Source of the DNA: an uncultured candidate division Zixibacteria bacterium
Lineage (GTDB): Bacteria; Zixibacteria; MSB-5A5; GN15; FEB-12
Reading direction: 5' to 3'
DNA: 64,000 bases
Assembly (NCBI GenBank): GCA_963664195.1
Contig: OY760907.1
Coordinates: 32,001 to 96,000, forward strand
The notes below the pieces were generated by a model. The model was not told the DNA's origin. It saw only the letters and a list, made by a program, of their open reading frames with translations, and searched no databases. A program made the translations under genes and the position numbers. Below, in pieces: positions 28,750-38,850 of the stretch. Numbering within the stretch: position 1 is the stretch's first letter; the number at the start of each line of letters is the position of its first letter.

Positions 28750-30885
28750 TTACTTCTCCTCCACGGTTTGCGGCTCACCCTTGATATCTGTTCCCAGTCG
28801 CTGCAGGTAGGCAATCAGCGCCACCATTTCGGAGGTGGAACTTACCTCAATGTTGGCATCTTTCAGTCGTCCGGTGATCTCCTGTCCCTGCTTCTTCAAG
28901 TCGGAGACAGCCCGTTGATCGTATCCCTCGGGATAAGGCACTCCGAGAGTTCTCATACCGCGTATTTTGCCCGGCGTGTTATCGAGCGCCAGTTCGTTCT
29001 CGGCCAGCCAGGGGAACGGTGGCATCAGCGAACCGGGCGACATCGAGGCCGGATCAATCATGTGACTGTAGTGCCAGGCGTCGGGGTATTTCCCTCCGAC
29101 ACGGTGCAGATCCGGTCCGGTGCGTTTGGAACCCCACAAGAACGGGTGGTCATACACAAACTCGCCGACTTTGGAGTACTCGCCGTAGCGCTCCGTTTCC
29201 GACCGGAACGGCCGGACCATCTGCGAGTGGCAGTTGTTGCATCCTTCGGCGATGTACACGTCGCGTCCCTCGAGTTCAAGCGGCGTGTACGGTTTCACAG
29301 ACTCAATCGTGGGCACATTCGACTTGACGAGAAACGTGGGAATGAACTCTACCACACCGCCGATAGTGATAGCGATTGTTGCCAGTATCAGGAACTGAAT
29401 AGGCTTGCGCTCTAACCAGCGATGATGATACGGATGTTGCTCGTCTTTCGGCCCGATCTTCTCAAGAGCCGGTGCCTCGGCAGGCTCGTTATCGAGCATC
29501 GATCCCGCTCTGACCGTCTTAAAGAGATTGAAGGCCATCATCAGCACACCAGACAAGTACAGACCACCGCCGACCGCTCTCATGATGTACATGGGCACAA
29601 TCTGGAGCACGGTTTCGAGGAAATTCGGATATTGCAGGAAGCCCTCGGGAGTGAACTGTTTCCACATCAGGCTCTGCGTAACGCCGGCGAAATACATCGG
29701 CAGCACCCAGATGAGAATACCGAGAAAACCGATCCAGAAATGGTACTCGGCCATACGTTTTGAGAAGAGCTTCGTCCTCCAGAGCTTGGGAACGAGCCAG
29801 TATAGCATGCCGAAGGTCAGAAAGCCGTTCCAGCCAAGCGCACCTACGTGCACGTGGGCAATTGTCCAATCAGTGTAGTGAGAAATGGCATTGACAGACT
29901 TCACCGCCAGCATGGGACCTTCAAAAGTAGCCATACCGTAGGCGGTAACCGCCACCACCATGAATTTGAGCACCGGATCATCGCGCACCCGATCCCATGC
30001 GCCTCGCAGTGTGAGTAACCCGTTGAGCATACCACCCCACGAGGGGGCGATAAGCATGATCGAGAATACTGTGCCGAGCGACTGTGCCCAATCAGGCAGC
30101 GAAGTGTATAGCAGATGGTGTGGACCGGCCCAGATGTAAATAAAAATCAACGACCAGAAGTGTACTATCGATAGCCGGTACGAGTAAATGGGACGATTGG
30201 CCGCTTTTGGCAGGAAGTAGTACATCAGGCCCAGGTATGGCGTGGTCAGAAAAAACGCCACCGCGTTGTGACCGTACCACCATTGCACGAGCGCATCCTG
30301 CACTCCGGCGTAAACCGGGTAGCTCTTCATGATCGACACGGGAAGTTCGATTGAGTTGACAATATGCAACACGGCTACTGTGACAAAAGTCGCGATATAA
30401 AACCAGATAGCCACATACATATGTCGTTCGCGACGCTTCAGTATGGTGGCGAACATGTTCCACCCGAAGACAACCCAGATGACAGCAATCAAGATGTCAA
30501 TCGGCCACTCCAGCTCGGCGTATTCCTTGGAAGTCGTGTACCCGGCCGGAATTGTAATAGCCGCCAGAAGAATGATCAACTGCCAGCCCCAGAAATTGAT
30601 CTTGCTGAGCAGATCGGAGGCCATGCGGGCCTTGAGCAGTCGCTGAAGCGAATAGTACATGCCCATAAACATGCCGTTGCCCACGAAGGCAAAGATCACG
30701 GCGTTGGTATGCACGGGCCGTATGTGGCTGAAAGTTGTGTAGGGAATCCCCAGATTCAGACTCGGGAGAAACAGCTGCGTCGCAGCGAGCAATCCCACGG
30801 TCATCCCTATTGCTCCCCAGAAGACAGTGGCAAACCCGAAATTCCGGACAATTCTGTTATCGTAAGCAAATGACTCGACGGCCAT
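28750..30885 (-). CDS. ccoN: cbb3-type cytochrome c oxidase, fused subunits I and II (CcoN-CcoO)
   Basis: QWWYGHNAVAF, WAGPHH, HVH; C-terminal EGCNNCHSQMVRP, WGSKRTGPDL. Confidence 0.96.
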   Translation of the reverse strand: MAVESFAYDNRIVRNFGFATVFWGAIGMTVGLLAATQLFLPSLNLGIPYTTFSHIRPVHTNAVIFAFVGNGMFMGMYYSLQRLLKARMASDLLSKINFWGWQLIILLAAITIPAGYTTSKEYAELEWPIDILIAVIWVVFGWNMFATILKRRERHMYVAIWFYIATFVTVAVLHIVNSIELPVSIMKSYPVYAGVQDALVQWWYGHNAVAFFLTTPYLGLMYYFLPKAANRPIYSYRLSIVHFWSLIFIYIWAGPHHLLYTSLPDWAQSLGTVFSIMLIAPSWGGMLNGLLTLRGAWDRVRDDPVLKFMVVAVTAYGMATFEGPMLAVKSVNAISHYTDWTIAHVHVGALGWNGFLTFGMLYWLVPKLWRTKLFSKRMAEYHFWIGFLGILIWVLPMYFAGVTQSLMWKQFTPEGFLQYPNFLETVLQIVPMYIMRAVGGGLYLSGVLMMAFNLFKTVRAGSMLDNEPAEAPALEKIGPKDEQHPYHHRWLERKPIQFLILATIAITIGGVVEFIPTFLVKSNVPTIESVKPYTPLELEGRDVYIAEGCNNCHSQMVRPFRSETERYGEYSKVGEFVYDHPFLWGSKRTGPDLHRVGGKYPDAWHYSHMIDPASMSPGSLMPPFPWLAENELALDNTPGKIRGMRTLGVPYPEGYDQRAVSDLKKQGQEITGRLKDANIEVSSTSEMVALIAYLQRLGTDIKGEPQTVEEK

Positions 30886-30899
30886 ACAGAGGCCTCCTG

Positions 30900-31064
30900 C
30901 TATCTATCGCGATTCTTCCGTTTCGTTCTTGGTTCAAACAACATGCGCATTGCCGGCGTGAACAGATCATCGAACTGTCCGCTCTTGAGGGCGAAGAAGA
31001 ACGCGATCAGGAAGCCGGTCGCCACGATCAGCGAAAAACCTATCAGAAGGATCATCACTTCCAT
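30900..31064 (-). CDS. ccoS: cbb3 oxidase maturation protein CcoS (54 aa)
   Basis: Not in ORF track; MEVMILLIGFSLIVATGFLIAFFFALKSGQFDDLFTPAMRML..., canonical GQFDD. Confidence 0.9.
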   Translation of the reverse strand: MEVMILLIGFSLIVATGFLIAFFFALKSGQFDDLFTPAMRMLFEPRTKRKNRDR

Positions 31065-33481
31065 GACTGAATCACTCCGTGCCTGCGAGCGGCGACAGCG
31101 CTGGCGACAGTCGCAAAAAGCACAACCGTCACCGAACTTGCCGGCATAAGAATAGCCGCCACCAGAGGTGACAGCAGTCCCTGCACCGCAAACGCCAGCC
31201 CGACTACGTTATAAAGAACTGATAACACAAAACTTGCTTTGATAATGGTCACACTGCTCCGCGCCAGCGCCACAAAATCAGGGAGCAGCGAGAAACTCTC
31301 AGCCTGAAGGATACCGTCGCACGCAGGAGAAAACGCCGAGGCATCCTCGGCAATCGCGATTCCGACCGTTGCGGCCCGTAGCGCACCGGCATCGTTGAGA
31401 CCATCGCCGATCATCAGAACCTTCTCTCCGCTTTTTCTGAGACTTCTCACATGGTCCAGCTTGTCGTGAGGGGATTGACGGAACCTGAGGTCGGCGTCGG
31501 GGCCGAACAACTCGGTCAGCCGGGAGCGTTCGGCGTCGTGGTCGCCGGAAATCAGCCCCAGTTTCATTCTCTTGCCGAGGCTGGCGAGGACATTCGCGAG
31601 TCCGGGGCGAAGATGATTAGCCAGTCTGAAGTAGCCGATCGTCTCGCCCGCGATTGACACATAGACCCGGGTTTCGCCGTCGGCGTTTTGACCAGATGTG
31701 TTTTCCGCACCAACCCACGACGCCGCGCCGACACGGACAACAGCGTCACCAACCGTTGCAGACAGCCCTTTGCCGGGTTCCTCGATGAAATCCGTGACCG
31801 TTCGCGATTCGTGTTCGAGCAGATTGCGGGCCAGCATAACTGAAAGCGGATGCGTGGAATGACGCACAACCGAAAACACCAGGCGTTCTCGCTCAGGAGT
31901 CAGAGGTTCTCCGGTCCAAATCGGGGTTGTCTCCCCCGCTCGCGTAAGCGTGCCGGTCTTGTCGAAGACTGCTGATGTGATTCCGGCCAGGCGTTCAACC
32001 GCACCGCTGTCTTTCAGATACAGATTTCTCCGTCCCATGAATCGGAGCACGGTGCCAAGCGTGAAGGGAGACGAGAGCGCCAGCGCACACGGGCAGGCGA
32101 CAATCAACACCGCAGTGGCAGCGTTGAGGGCACGAGTGGAATCAACAGCCATCCAGAACAGGCCGGCAAAAGCCGCAACAACCAGAACCGCCGGCGTGAA
32201 CCACCGGCTGGCTTGATTGGCAAGGTTCTCCAAATGCGGAGTATCCTCATCGCCGGAAGCCATCTGGGTCCAGAGTTGCATCAAATAACTTTGCGACGGC
32301 AGTTTAACGACTTCGATTTCGAGGCTCTGCCCCATCTGTCGTCCGCCGGCATACAAACGCTGGCCGGAAGCAGCTTCGACGGGTTCAGCCTCGCCGGTCA
32401 CAAAACTGTAGTCGATCTGGCCGTCACCGTTGATCAAAACGCCATCGGCAGGGATTAACTCACGGTTGCGCACGATAATGCGGTCGCCCGGCTCAAGATT
32501 GTTCACAGGCACGGTGACTTCGCCGGTTTCCTGTTTGCGTAGCACGGCTATGGGCAGATAGGACTTGAAGTTCTTTTCAAACGACAGCGACGCGTACGTC
32601 TTCTGCTGGTAAAGACGCCCGATGAGCAACAGGAACACCAATCCGCACAGGGAATCCATGTACCCGGCTTGACCGAGGATGAGAATATCATAAAGCGACC
32701 GGATGAACAAAACCAGAATGCCCAGCGAAATCGGCAAATCCATATTGATAAATTTCTGCCTGACACCGGTGAAGGCTGAGCGGAAAAAGTCTGCACTTGA
32801 GAAGAATATCACCGGAAGGGACAACGCTGCGTTCAGGTAATTGAAGGCGTTGCCAAGTTTCGCCTGCAAGATAGAATCGAGGCCGAGATACTCTGGAAAG
32901 CTGAGCATCATGACGTTGCCGAAACAGAACCCGGCCACCGCCAGACGGGCGTACAGCTTGCGCGCGGAACGATCACGCGGGGTGGACTCGAGGTCGGCCA
33001 GCCTGATGTCCGGTTCGTAACCTATCGACACCAACATCTCGACGAGTTTGCGCAGGTTGAGCTTGTCTTCTGCGAAAGTGACAGAGACTTCGCGCCTGGG
33101 GAAATCGACCCTTGAAGCCGTTATGCCTGCATCCAGCACGAAGAGATTTTCCAGCAACCAGATACAGGAGCTGCAATGAATCTGAGGGATCGACAGGGTA
33201 ACACGGCTGACACGACCGTCGGAGAAGTCCAGCAGTTTTGCCACGATATCGTGGTCATCGAGATAGGCGAATCGCTCAAGGTGTTCGGCAGGTTTCGGTT
33301 TTAGCCCAGGACGGTCTTCCAACTGGTAGTATTCCTGGAGATCATTGTCATGCAGAAGAGCGTAGACAGTACGGCATCCGGGACAGCAGAACGCCTGACC
33401 TTCGTCCTCGGGACTTCCCGGCGGACACGGGTCGCCGCAGTGTATGCAGATCGTCTCGGTTCTTGCGTCAGACTTAGTCAT
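31055..33481 (-). CDS. ccoI: Copper-translocating P1B-type ATPase CcoI/FixI
   Basis: CIHCG/FCCPGC, HCSSC, TGE, CPC, DKTGT, HP, GDGLND. Confidence 0.95.
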   Translation of the reverse strand: MTKSDARTETICIHCGDPCPPGSPEDEGQAFCCPGCRTVYALLHDNDLQEYYQLEDRPGLKPKPAEHLERFAYLDDHDIVAKLLDFSDGRVSRVTLSIPQIHCSSCIWLLENLFVLDAGITASRVDFPRREVSVTFAEDKLNLRKLVEMLVSIGYEPDIRLADLESTPRDRSARKLYARLAVAGFCFGNVMMLSFPEYLGLDSILQAKLGNAFNYLNAALSLPVIFFSSADFFRSAFTGVRQKFINMDLPISLGILVLFIRSLYDILILGQAGYMDSLCGLVFLLLIGRLYQQKTYASLSFEKNFKSYLPIAVLRKQETGEVTVPVNNLEPGDRIIVRNRELIPADGVLINGDGQIDYSFVTGEAEPVEAASGQRLYAGGRQMGQSLEIEVVKLPSQSYLMQLWTQMASGDEDTPHLENLANQASRWFTPAVLVVAAFAGLFWMAVDSTRALNAATAVLIVACPCALALSSPFTLGTVLRFMGRRNLYLKDSGAVERLAGITSAVFDKTGTLTRAGETTPIWTGEPLTPERERLVFSVVRHSTHPLSVMLARNLLEHESRTVTDFIEEPGKGLSATVGDAVVRVGAASWVGAENTSGQNADGETRVYVSIAGETIGYFRLANHLRPGLANVLASLGKRMKLGLISGDHDAERSRLTELFGPDADLRFRQSPHDKLDHVRSLRKSGEKVLMIGDGLNDAGALRAATVGIAIAEDASAFSPACDGILQAESFSLLPDFVALARSSVTIIKASFVLSVLYNVVGLAFAVQGLLSPLVAAILMPASSVTVVLFATVASAVAARRHGVIQSWK

Positions 33482-33810
33482 TCATTCCCTGCTGCCGGCA
33501 GTCCCATGCCGGATCATTCCGTTCACTCTCGAGAGTGGCCCACTGCAGTCAATCGACTGACAAAACCACACCATTTTAATGGTGGCGGAACAGCGAATCA
33601 AATACAACACAAAAAAAACAACAGTTGTCGCGTGGGCCCACGTTCCGCATGAATATATAGAGGTCTAACGCCGGTCGCAAGTCGCCGGTTCCGGAACATT
33701 AAACCGGTGTAATCGCCCCATTGCCAGGGGATTTCGGCGTTATCACATATCGCCACACGGGAGACCCTTCGTCCCCTTTTATCGCCAAGGTCCCCCGATG
33801 CCACAATAGG

Positions 33811-34236
33811 CTACCCAGACTCGTTTTTTGACTCAAGATTCAGCAGGCGCATGCACTCACAGCGTTGGAAACCAAACTTCTCGTAGAGCCCATGAGCATC
33901 AAGAGTTGCAAGTAGCTTCTGGGTCACGTCCGCCGCCGGGTGCTCTAGTGCGCAGACAAACATCCACTCCCCCAGTTTGCGTCCCCGGTAATCAGCATGC
34001 ACGAAAACGTCACATATCCAGGCAAAGGTAACGAAATCGCTGACAATGCGAGTGAAGCCCACGGGGCGATCCCTGTCAAAAAGACTGAGCATCACGGATG
34101 CCCTCACCGACTCCTCGACTATGTCCTGCGGGCGGACTTTGGCCCAATAGGTCGTGCGCAGCGATTCACCGACGAACTCCATGTCCACAACTGATTGGTC
34201 ATCGGTGAGCCAGAATTCTTCTCGCGTCCACTTCAT
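33811..34236 (-). CDS. GNAT family N-acetyltransferase
   Basis: TYWA, VGFTRIVSD, DVFVHADYRGRKLG, DAHGLYEKFGF. Confidence 0.9.
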   Translation of the reverse strand: MKWTREEFWLTDDQSVVDMEFVGESLRTTYWAKVRPQDIVEESVRASVMLSLFDRDRPVGFTRIVSDFVTFAWICDVFVHADYRGRKLGEWMFVCALEHPAADVTQKLLATLDAHGLYEKFGFQRCECMRLLNLESKNESG

Positions 34237-34398
34237 CTGTCGTTCCCTTTGAGCCTCGGAGAGCGGCCCCAGGAGCCGCTTTCCCCGTCATAGCCAATAT
34301 CGATATCCTCGAAAGATAGCGAAAGCCACACGGTAGACGCAATCTTCAAACGTCCATGACCGGCGTGTGATAGCTCTACGGGGGCGCCATCGTTCCAA

Positions 34399-34428
34399 TT
34401 GACAGACCCCCTTTGAGTTAACTAAATT
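34399..34428 (+). promoter_or_regulatory. Candidate sigma70 promoter of the transporter operon
   Basis: TTGACA-18 nt-TAAATT. Confidence 0.45.
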
Positions 34429-34523
34429 AAAGGCTGTCGACCAAAGATGAAACAAACAGCGATCTGGAGTTGTCCAATTTAAGACACCGGACCTCAATGC
34501 AACCGGGAAAAAAGAGGACGAGC

Positions 34524-35435
34524 TTGCAAATAACGATTCGTGGCCTGAATAAGCAGTATTCCGGTGGTAAATATGCCCTCAGGGATGTCGATCTTGAGAT
34601 CGGCAACGGCCTGTTCGGCCTGCTGGGGCCAAACGGTGCCGGCAAAACAACCCTCATGCGTATCCTCGTAACGCTGCTTCGCCCAAGCTCCGGCGAAGTT
34701 CTCGTTGACGGCATGGACATCCAAAAACACCGCAAGAAGATACGCAAGATGATAGGCTACCTGCCGCAGGAGTTCAGCACCTTCTCCAAACTGGCAGTGT
34801 GGGAATTCCTCGATTATGCCGGTGCCCTCTCCGGAGTGAAGTCGAAAAAGGATCGGATGAAGAAAGTCGATCAATTGCTGGAGGACGTGGGGTTGTTCGA
34901 CGTTCGTGACCGCCAGGCGGGCAAGCTCTCCGGCGGCATGAAACGACGGCTTGGTATTGCCCAGACGCTGGTCGGTGATCCGAGAATCATGGTAGTCGAT
35001 GAACCGACAGTCGGTTTGGATCCCCATGAAAGACTCCGCTTCCGCAATCTTATGGCTGACCTATCGAAAAACGAGATTATCATTATCCTCTCAACACACA
35101 TAGTGGGGGATATTTCTTCCACCTGCACCGACATGGCCCTGTTGAATCTGGGGAAGATCGGTTTCAAGGGATCGCCCGACAAACTCGTGACAGGCGCCAG
35201 GGGCAAAGTCTGGAATGTAACCGCCACCGACCTCGAACTGGACAAACTTCGCGAAACCTACCCGGTCATTTCCTCGGTGCCGTCGACAACCGGGTACGAG
35301 CTGCGGGTCGTGGCGGACGAAGTGGGCGGTCGAACGGCCGTACAGGTGGAACCGAATCTGGAAGACGCGTACATTTACTTCATGCAGTCGCTGGGGTATG
35401 ACATGAACCTTGAATCCGACGGCAGCGGCTGGTAG
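34524..35435 (+). CDS. ABC transporter ATP-binding protein (ABC-2/DrrA-like)
   Basis: GPNGAGKTT, LSGGMKRR, VVDEP, STH; TTG 34524 after GAGGA (ORF track start 34470). Confidence 0.93.
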   Translation: MQITIRGLNKQYSGGKYALRDVDLEIGNGLFGLLGPNGAGKTTLMRILVTLLRPSSGEVLVDGMDIQKHRKKIRKMIGYLPQEFSTFSKLAVWEFLDYAGALSGVKSKKDRMKKVDQLLEDVGLFDVRDRQAGKLSGGMKRRLGIAQTLVGDPRIMVVDEPTVGLDPHERLRFRNLMADLSKNEIIIILSTHIVGDISSTCTDMALLNLGKIGFKGSPDKLVTGARGKVWNVTATDLELDKLRETYPVISSVPSTTGYELRVVADEVGGRTAVQVEPNLEDAYIYFMQSLGYDMNLESDGSGW

Positions 35436-35456
35436 CGCCCGGGAGGCAGATCCGAC

Positions 35457-38400
35457 ATGAGTCTTTTTTCTATTTGGACAGTCGCCCGGTACGAAGCCAA
35501 ACTGCTTCTGCGGTCGTGGGCCTTTCGCATTTTCTCGGGACTTGCACTCTTGTTCATCGGCATGATGGACCTGGTAATGGGCACCGACATTGGAAACACG
35601 CCACACTTCCTGACGGCCCTGTCAAGCGCTCTTCCGTTGATGAACGTCAAGTTCCTGAACGTATATCAGGGAGTGATTGCAGCTTTTCTCGCCACGGAAT
35701 TCGTGAAGCGGGATCGGCGGCACGACACGACTCAAGTAATCTTCACACGCTCGTTTTCGAACATGGAATACGTGCTCGGCAAGGTGCTGGGCATTCTTGT
35801 GGTTTTTGCGGTGCTGAGTTGCACTGTTTTTCTATTCGGCTTCATTATACACGCTTTCTTCTCTCCGATGCCGTTTGCATGGGAACCCTGGTTGCTGTTC
35901 CCGATCTTCATCAGCCTGACAACGCTGGTGTTTGTGATCGGAGCATCGCTGCTTCTCGTTACGGTCCTTCGGGTGCAGGCCCTGGCATTCGTGATCATGC
36001 TTGGCTACTCGCTGGTGTCACTGATCTACCTCGGACCGAAATACCACCAGATATTCGATGTCTACGCCTTCCACCAGCCGATGATCTTCTCGGACTTTGT
36101 CGGCCTGACCAACTTGACTGATATCCTGCTGCTCCGAGGAGCCTATTTCCTGGTGGGGCTGGGTTTCATAGCGGTGACCGTGTTTCTGATGCCGAGACTC
36201 AGACAGTCAGCGGTCGCGAACACCGGCGCAGCTGCGGTTGGAGCGATCAGTCTGGCGGCAAGCGTCCTGCTGGCGGTTGTGTATTTCACGGGTCAAATGT
36301 CCAACGGCGCGTACCGTCAGGAACTCCGTGAGACCAGTTCGAGCGTCACCGACGCAGCACGAGTGAACATTATTGACTACGATATTGATTTCTCGTGGTC
36401 CGGTAACCGAATGGCAGCGACAGCCAAAATAACGGCGGTCAACAATACGTCCTCCCCACTGGACAAATTCCTGTTGACGCTGAATCCGGGACTGACAGTG
36501 ACCTCAGAGTCAGAGCTGGCGAGCGTGGAACAGGATCATCATCTTGTTTACGTTACTCCTCGACAGCCACTGAAACCGCAGGACACGCTCCAGCTAACTC
36601 TCGGATACCAAGGTGTGCCGGATGATCGCTACGGTTATTTGGACGTTCCCGACGACAGGTACAACGATCTCTACCGGATATGGGTGTGCCTGATTCCCAA
36701 GCGATATGGATTCGTTAGCGATGACTATGTGCACCTCACTCACGAGTTGGGCTGGTATCCGATTGCGGGGCTGCCGACCGGCGCGAGTTATCCGTCTGCA
36801 ATGTTTCAGGACTTCTCCAACTATCACCTGACCGTATCCGTTCCTGGCGGCCTGACGGCTATCTCTCAGGGCATGCCGGCGGTGACTGAATCGGGCGTAC
36901 AGACCAGATACAGTTTCACCACAGAAAAGCCCCTGAACCAGATATCGCTCACTATTGGTGAGTACGAAAAACGCGAGATAGAGGTTGATAGCGTATCTTA
37001 TGCCCTTTACAGCACGCCGGGACATGACTATTTCGAGAAGTATTTCACCGATGTCGCCGACACGCTTCCGCAAGTCATCAGAGGTCTTCGCAATGAATAT
37101 GAGGTAGCGCTGGGGTTGGAGTATGACTTCCCTCGTCTTTCAGTGGTTGAGGTCCCGATCCAGTTCTACAGCTATGACAGACAGTGGACCACAGCGCAGG
37201 AGATGGTGCAGCCGGAAATAGTCTGTCTTCCCGAAGTTGGCACGATTTGTTCCGGGTCTGATTTCAAAAGACAGGAAGACCGGGCCGACTGGGACCAGGA
37301 ACGCAACAATCAACTTGAGAGTCCGCGACAGATTCAGGCGGGGTATTTCACTAATTTCGCCAAGTATGACCTCCTGGGTATGCAGGTGGCTACCTGGGGA
37401 CTGCGCCGTGAGTCAAGTATCGAGCCCAATTTCGAGATATTGCCGATGCTGGTCTCGTATCGCACGGGTATCTCGTCAACGAAGTGGCCGCTGTTGAATT
37501 TCGCGTTCGAATCACACTTCCAGGGACGGGTGTCGCCGCCTGAGAACACCCGGATTCGCCGCTGGGTAGGACTGACCGAGCCGGAAAAGGCCAATCTCCT
37601 GCTGAGAGAGAAGTCGCTCAAGGAAGTGATGCAGGGGCAATCGTCTGACGCAGCGGTCACTTTGAGCGCCATCAGGTGCAAAGGGAGTTACCTGCTCACG
37701 CTGGTGGAAGCGAAACTCAGGGACGAGCATTTCGCCAGAGATATGACCGACTTTCTGATCGCAAATCGCGGTCGCCAGATATCAGACTCGGAGTTCACTG
37801 ACATGCTGGCCACTATAGGAGACGTGGACCTCGGTTCGCTCGTGGAGGCATGGTACAGTGACAAGTCCCTGCCCGGGTACATAGTGGAGAATGTCGAGGC
37901 GTACAATGTGCTCGATGGTGAACGGACTCGCACGCAGGTAAAATTCCGTATCAGCAACCCGACCGAGGTCGACGGAGCCGTGGAATTGAGTTTCCGGTAT
38001 CGCCAGATGGATCGAGGGCGTCGGCGTTTCGGTCGCGGGTCGGACATGGCGGACTACACACAGATGCTGCCCATGCCGGAAAAGACCGTCAAGACCGTCG
38101 GACTGCTTTTTGACAGCCAGATTGCAGAGATGTCGGTAGAGACTTTCGTATCGCAGAACCTTCCGAAAGTACTGATTACGCGTTTTCGGGAGCAGAAACT
38201 TCGACGGGAAGAACAGCCCACTGACGAGATACTCGCCACGTCGATCGCGGATGAACCGGTCTCGACGGATACGTCCGCAGTGGTTGACAACGAGGATGAC
38301 GGATTTTCTATAGTCAATTTCGTCCAACCGAACTGGCTTAGGAAAACCATGATGAGCTTTTTTGACGAAGAGAGCGACAACACACCCTATGTCGCCATGC

Positions 38401-38822
38401 GAACCTATGACGCCCCGAGTTCCTGGGAGCCGACCACAGACGAGGAGTTCTACGGCAGGTTCGTGCGTTCGGCCTACTTCAAGCGGGCGGGCGACGGACA
38501 GAACAAAGTGATGTGGGAGACCGACCTCCTGTCCACGGGCGACTACGACGTGTACTACTTCGCACAGGAAAGCCGCAGACCTCCGGGAGGACGAGGCAGG
38601 CGCAATCCGGGATGGGAACCCCCTACAGAAAAAGAAAAGCATTTTGCCGTGTACCATGATAACGGGGTGGAGGAAGTCACGCTGGACCCGGAGTACGCCG
38701 AGCAGGGCTGGAATTACCTGGGAACGTTCAGATTGTCCGAGGGTGAGACTAAGGTCGAGCTGACAGATCAAAACGAAGGCCAATTCGTAACGGCCGACGC
38801 AGTCAAGTGGGTATTGCGATAG
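35457..38822 (+). CDS. ABC-2-type permease fused to a degenerate M1-aminopeptidase-like ectodomain and a C-terminal golvesin/xanthan-lyase-CBD-like domain
   Basis: VARYEAKLLLRSW plus multiple TMs; GWYP, GEY, FPRLSVVEVP M1-like motifs but no HExxH; C-terminal GWNYLGTF...VELTD...ADAVKW. Confidence 0.72.
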   Translation: MSLFSIWTVARYEAKLLLRSWAFRIFSGLALLFIGMMDLVMGTDIGNTPHFLTALSSALPLMNVKFLNVYQGVIAAFLATEFVKRDRRHDTTQVIFTRSFSNMEYVLGKVLGILVVFAVLSCTVFLFGFIIHAFFSPMPFAWEPWLLFPIFISLTTLVFVIGASLLLVTVLRVQALAFVIMLGYSLVSLIYLGPKYHQIFDVYAFHQPMIFSDFVGLTNLTDILLLRGAYFLVGLGFIAVTVFLMPRLRQSAVANTGAAAVGAISLAASVLLAVVYFTGQMSNGAYRQELRETSSSVTDAARVNIIDYDIDFSWSGNRMAATAKITAVNNTSSPLDKFLLTLNPGLTVTSESELASVEQDHHLVYVTPRQPLKPQDTLQLTLGYQGVPDDRYGYLDVPDDRYNDLYRIWVCLIPKRYGFVSDDYVHLTHELGWYPIAGLPTGASYPSAMFQDFSNYHLTVSVPGGLTAISQGMPAVTESGVQTRYSFTTEKPLNQISLTIGEYEKREIEVDSVSYALYSTPGHDYFEKYFTDVADTLPQVIRGLRNEYEVALGLEYDFPRLSVVEVPIQFYSYDRQWTTAQEMVQPEIVCLPEVGTICSGSDFKRQEDRADWDQERNNQLESPRQIQAGYFTNFAKYDLLGMQVATWGLRRESSIEPNFEILPMLVSYRTGISSTKWPLLNFAFESHFQGRVSPPENTRIRRWVGLTEPEKANLLLREKSLKEVMQGQSSDAAVTLSAIRCKGSYLLTLVEAKLRDEHFARDMTDFLIANRGRQISDSEFTDMLATIGDVDLGSLVEAWYSDKSLPGYIVENVEAYNVLDGERTRTQVKFRISNPTEVDGAVELSFRYRQMDRGRRRFGRGSDMADYTQMLPMPEKTVKTVGLLFDSQIAEMSVETFVSQNLPKVLITRFREQKLRREEQPTDEILATSIADEPVSTDTSAVVDNEDDGFSIVNFVQPNWLRKTMMSFFDEESDNTPYVAMRTYDAPSSWEPTTDEEFYGRFVRSAYFKRAGDGQNKVMWETDLLSTGDYDVYYFAQESRRPPGGRGRRNPGWEPPTEKEKHFAVYHDNGVEEVTLDPEYAEQGWNYLGTFRLSEGETKVELTDQNEGQFVTADAVKWVLR

Positions 38823-38850
38823 GCGGAAGCTTACAAATGGAGACATTTCG

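Noticed and set aside
33590..33632. A8 tract and ACAACAGTTGT palindrome upstream of ccoI as a phase-variation or FNR site
   Set aside because: Tract is short and there is no TTGAT-N4-ATCAA match
37782..38846. 354 aa minus-strand ORF
   Set aside because: Fully antisense to the permease gene with no recognisable motif
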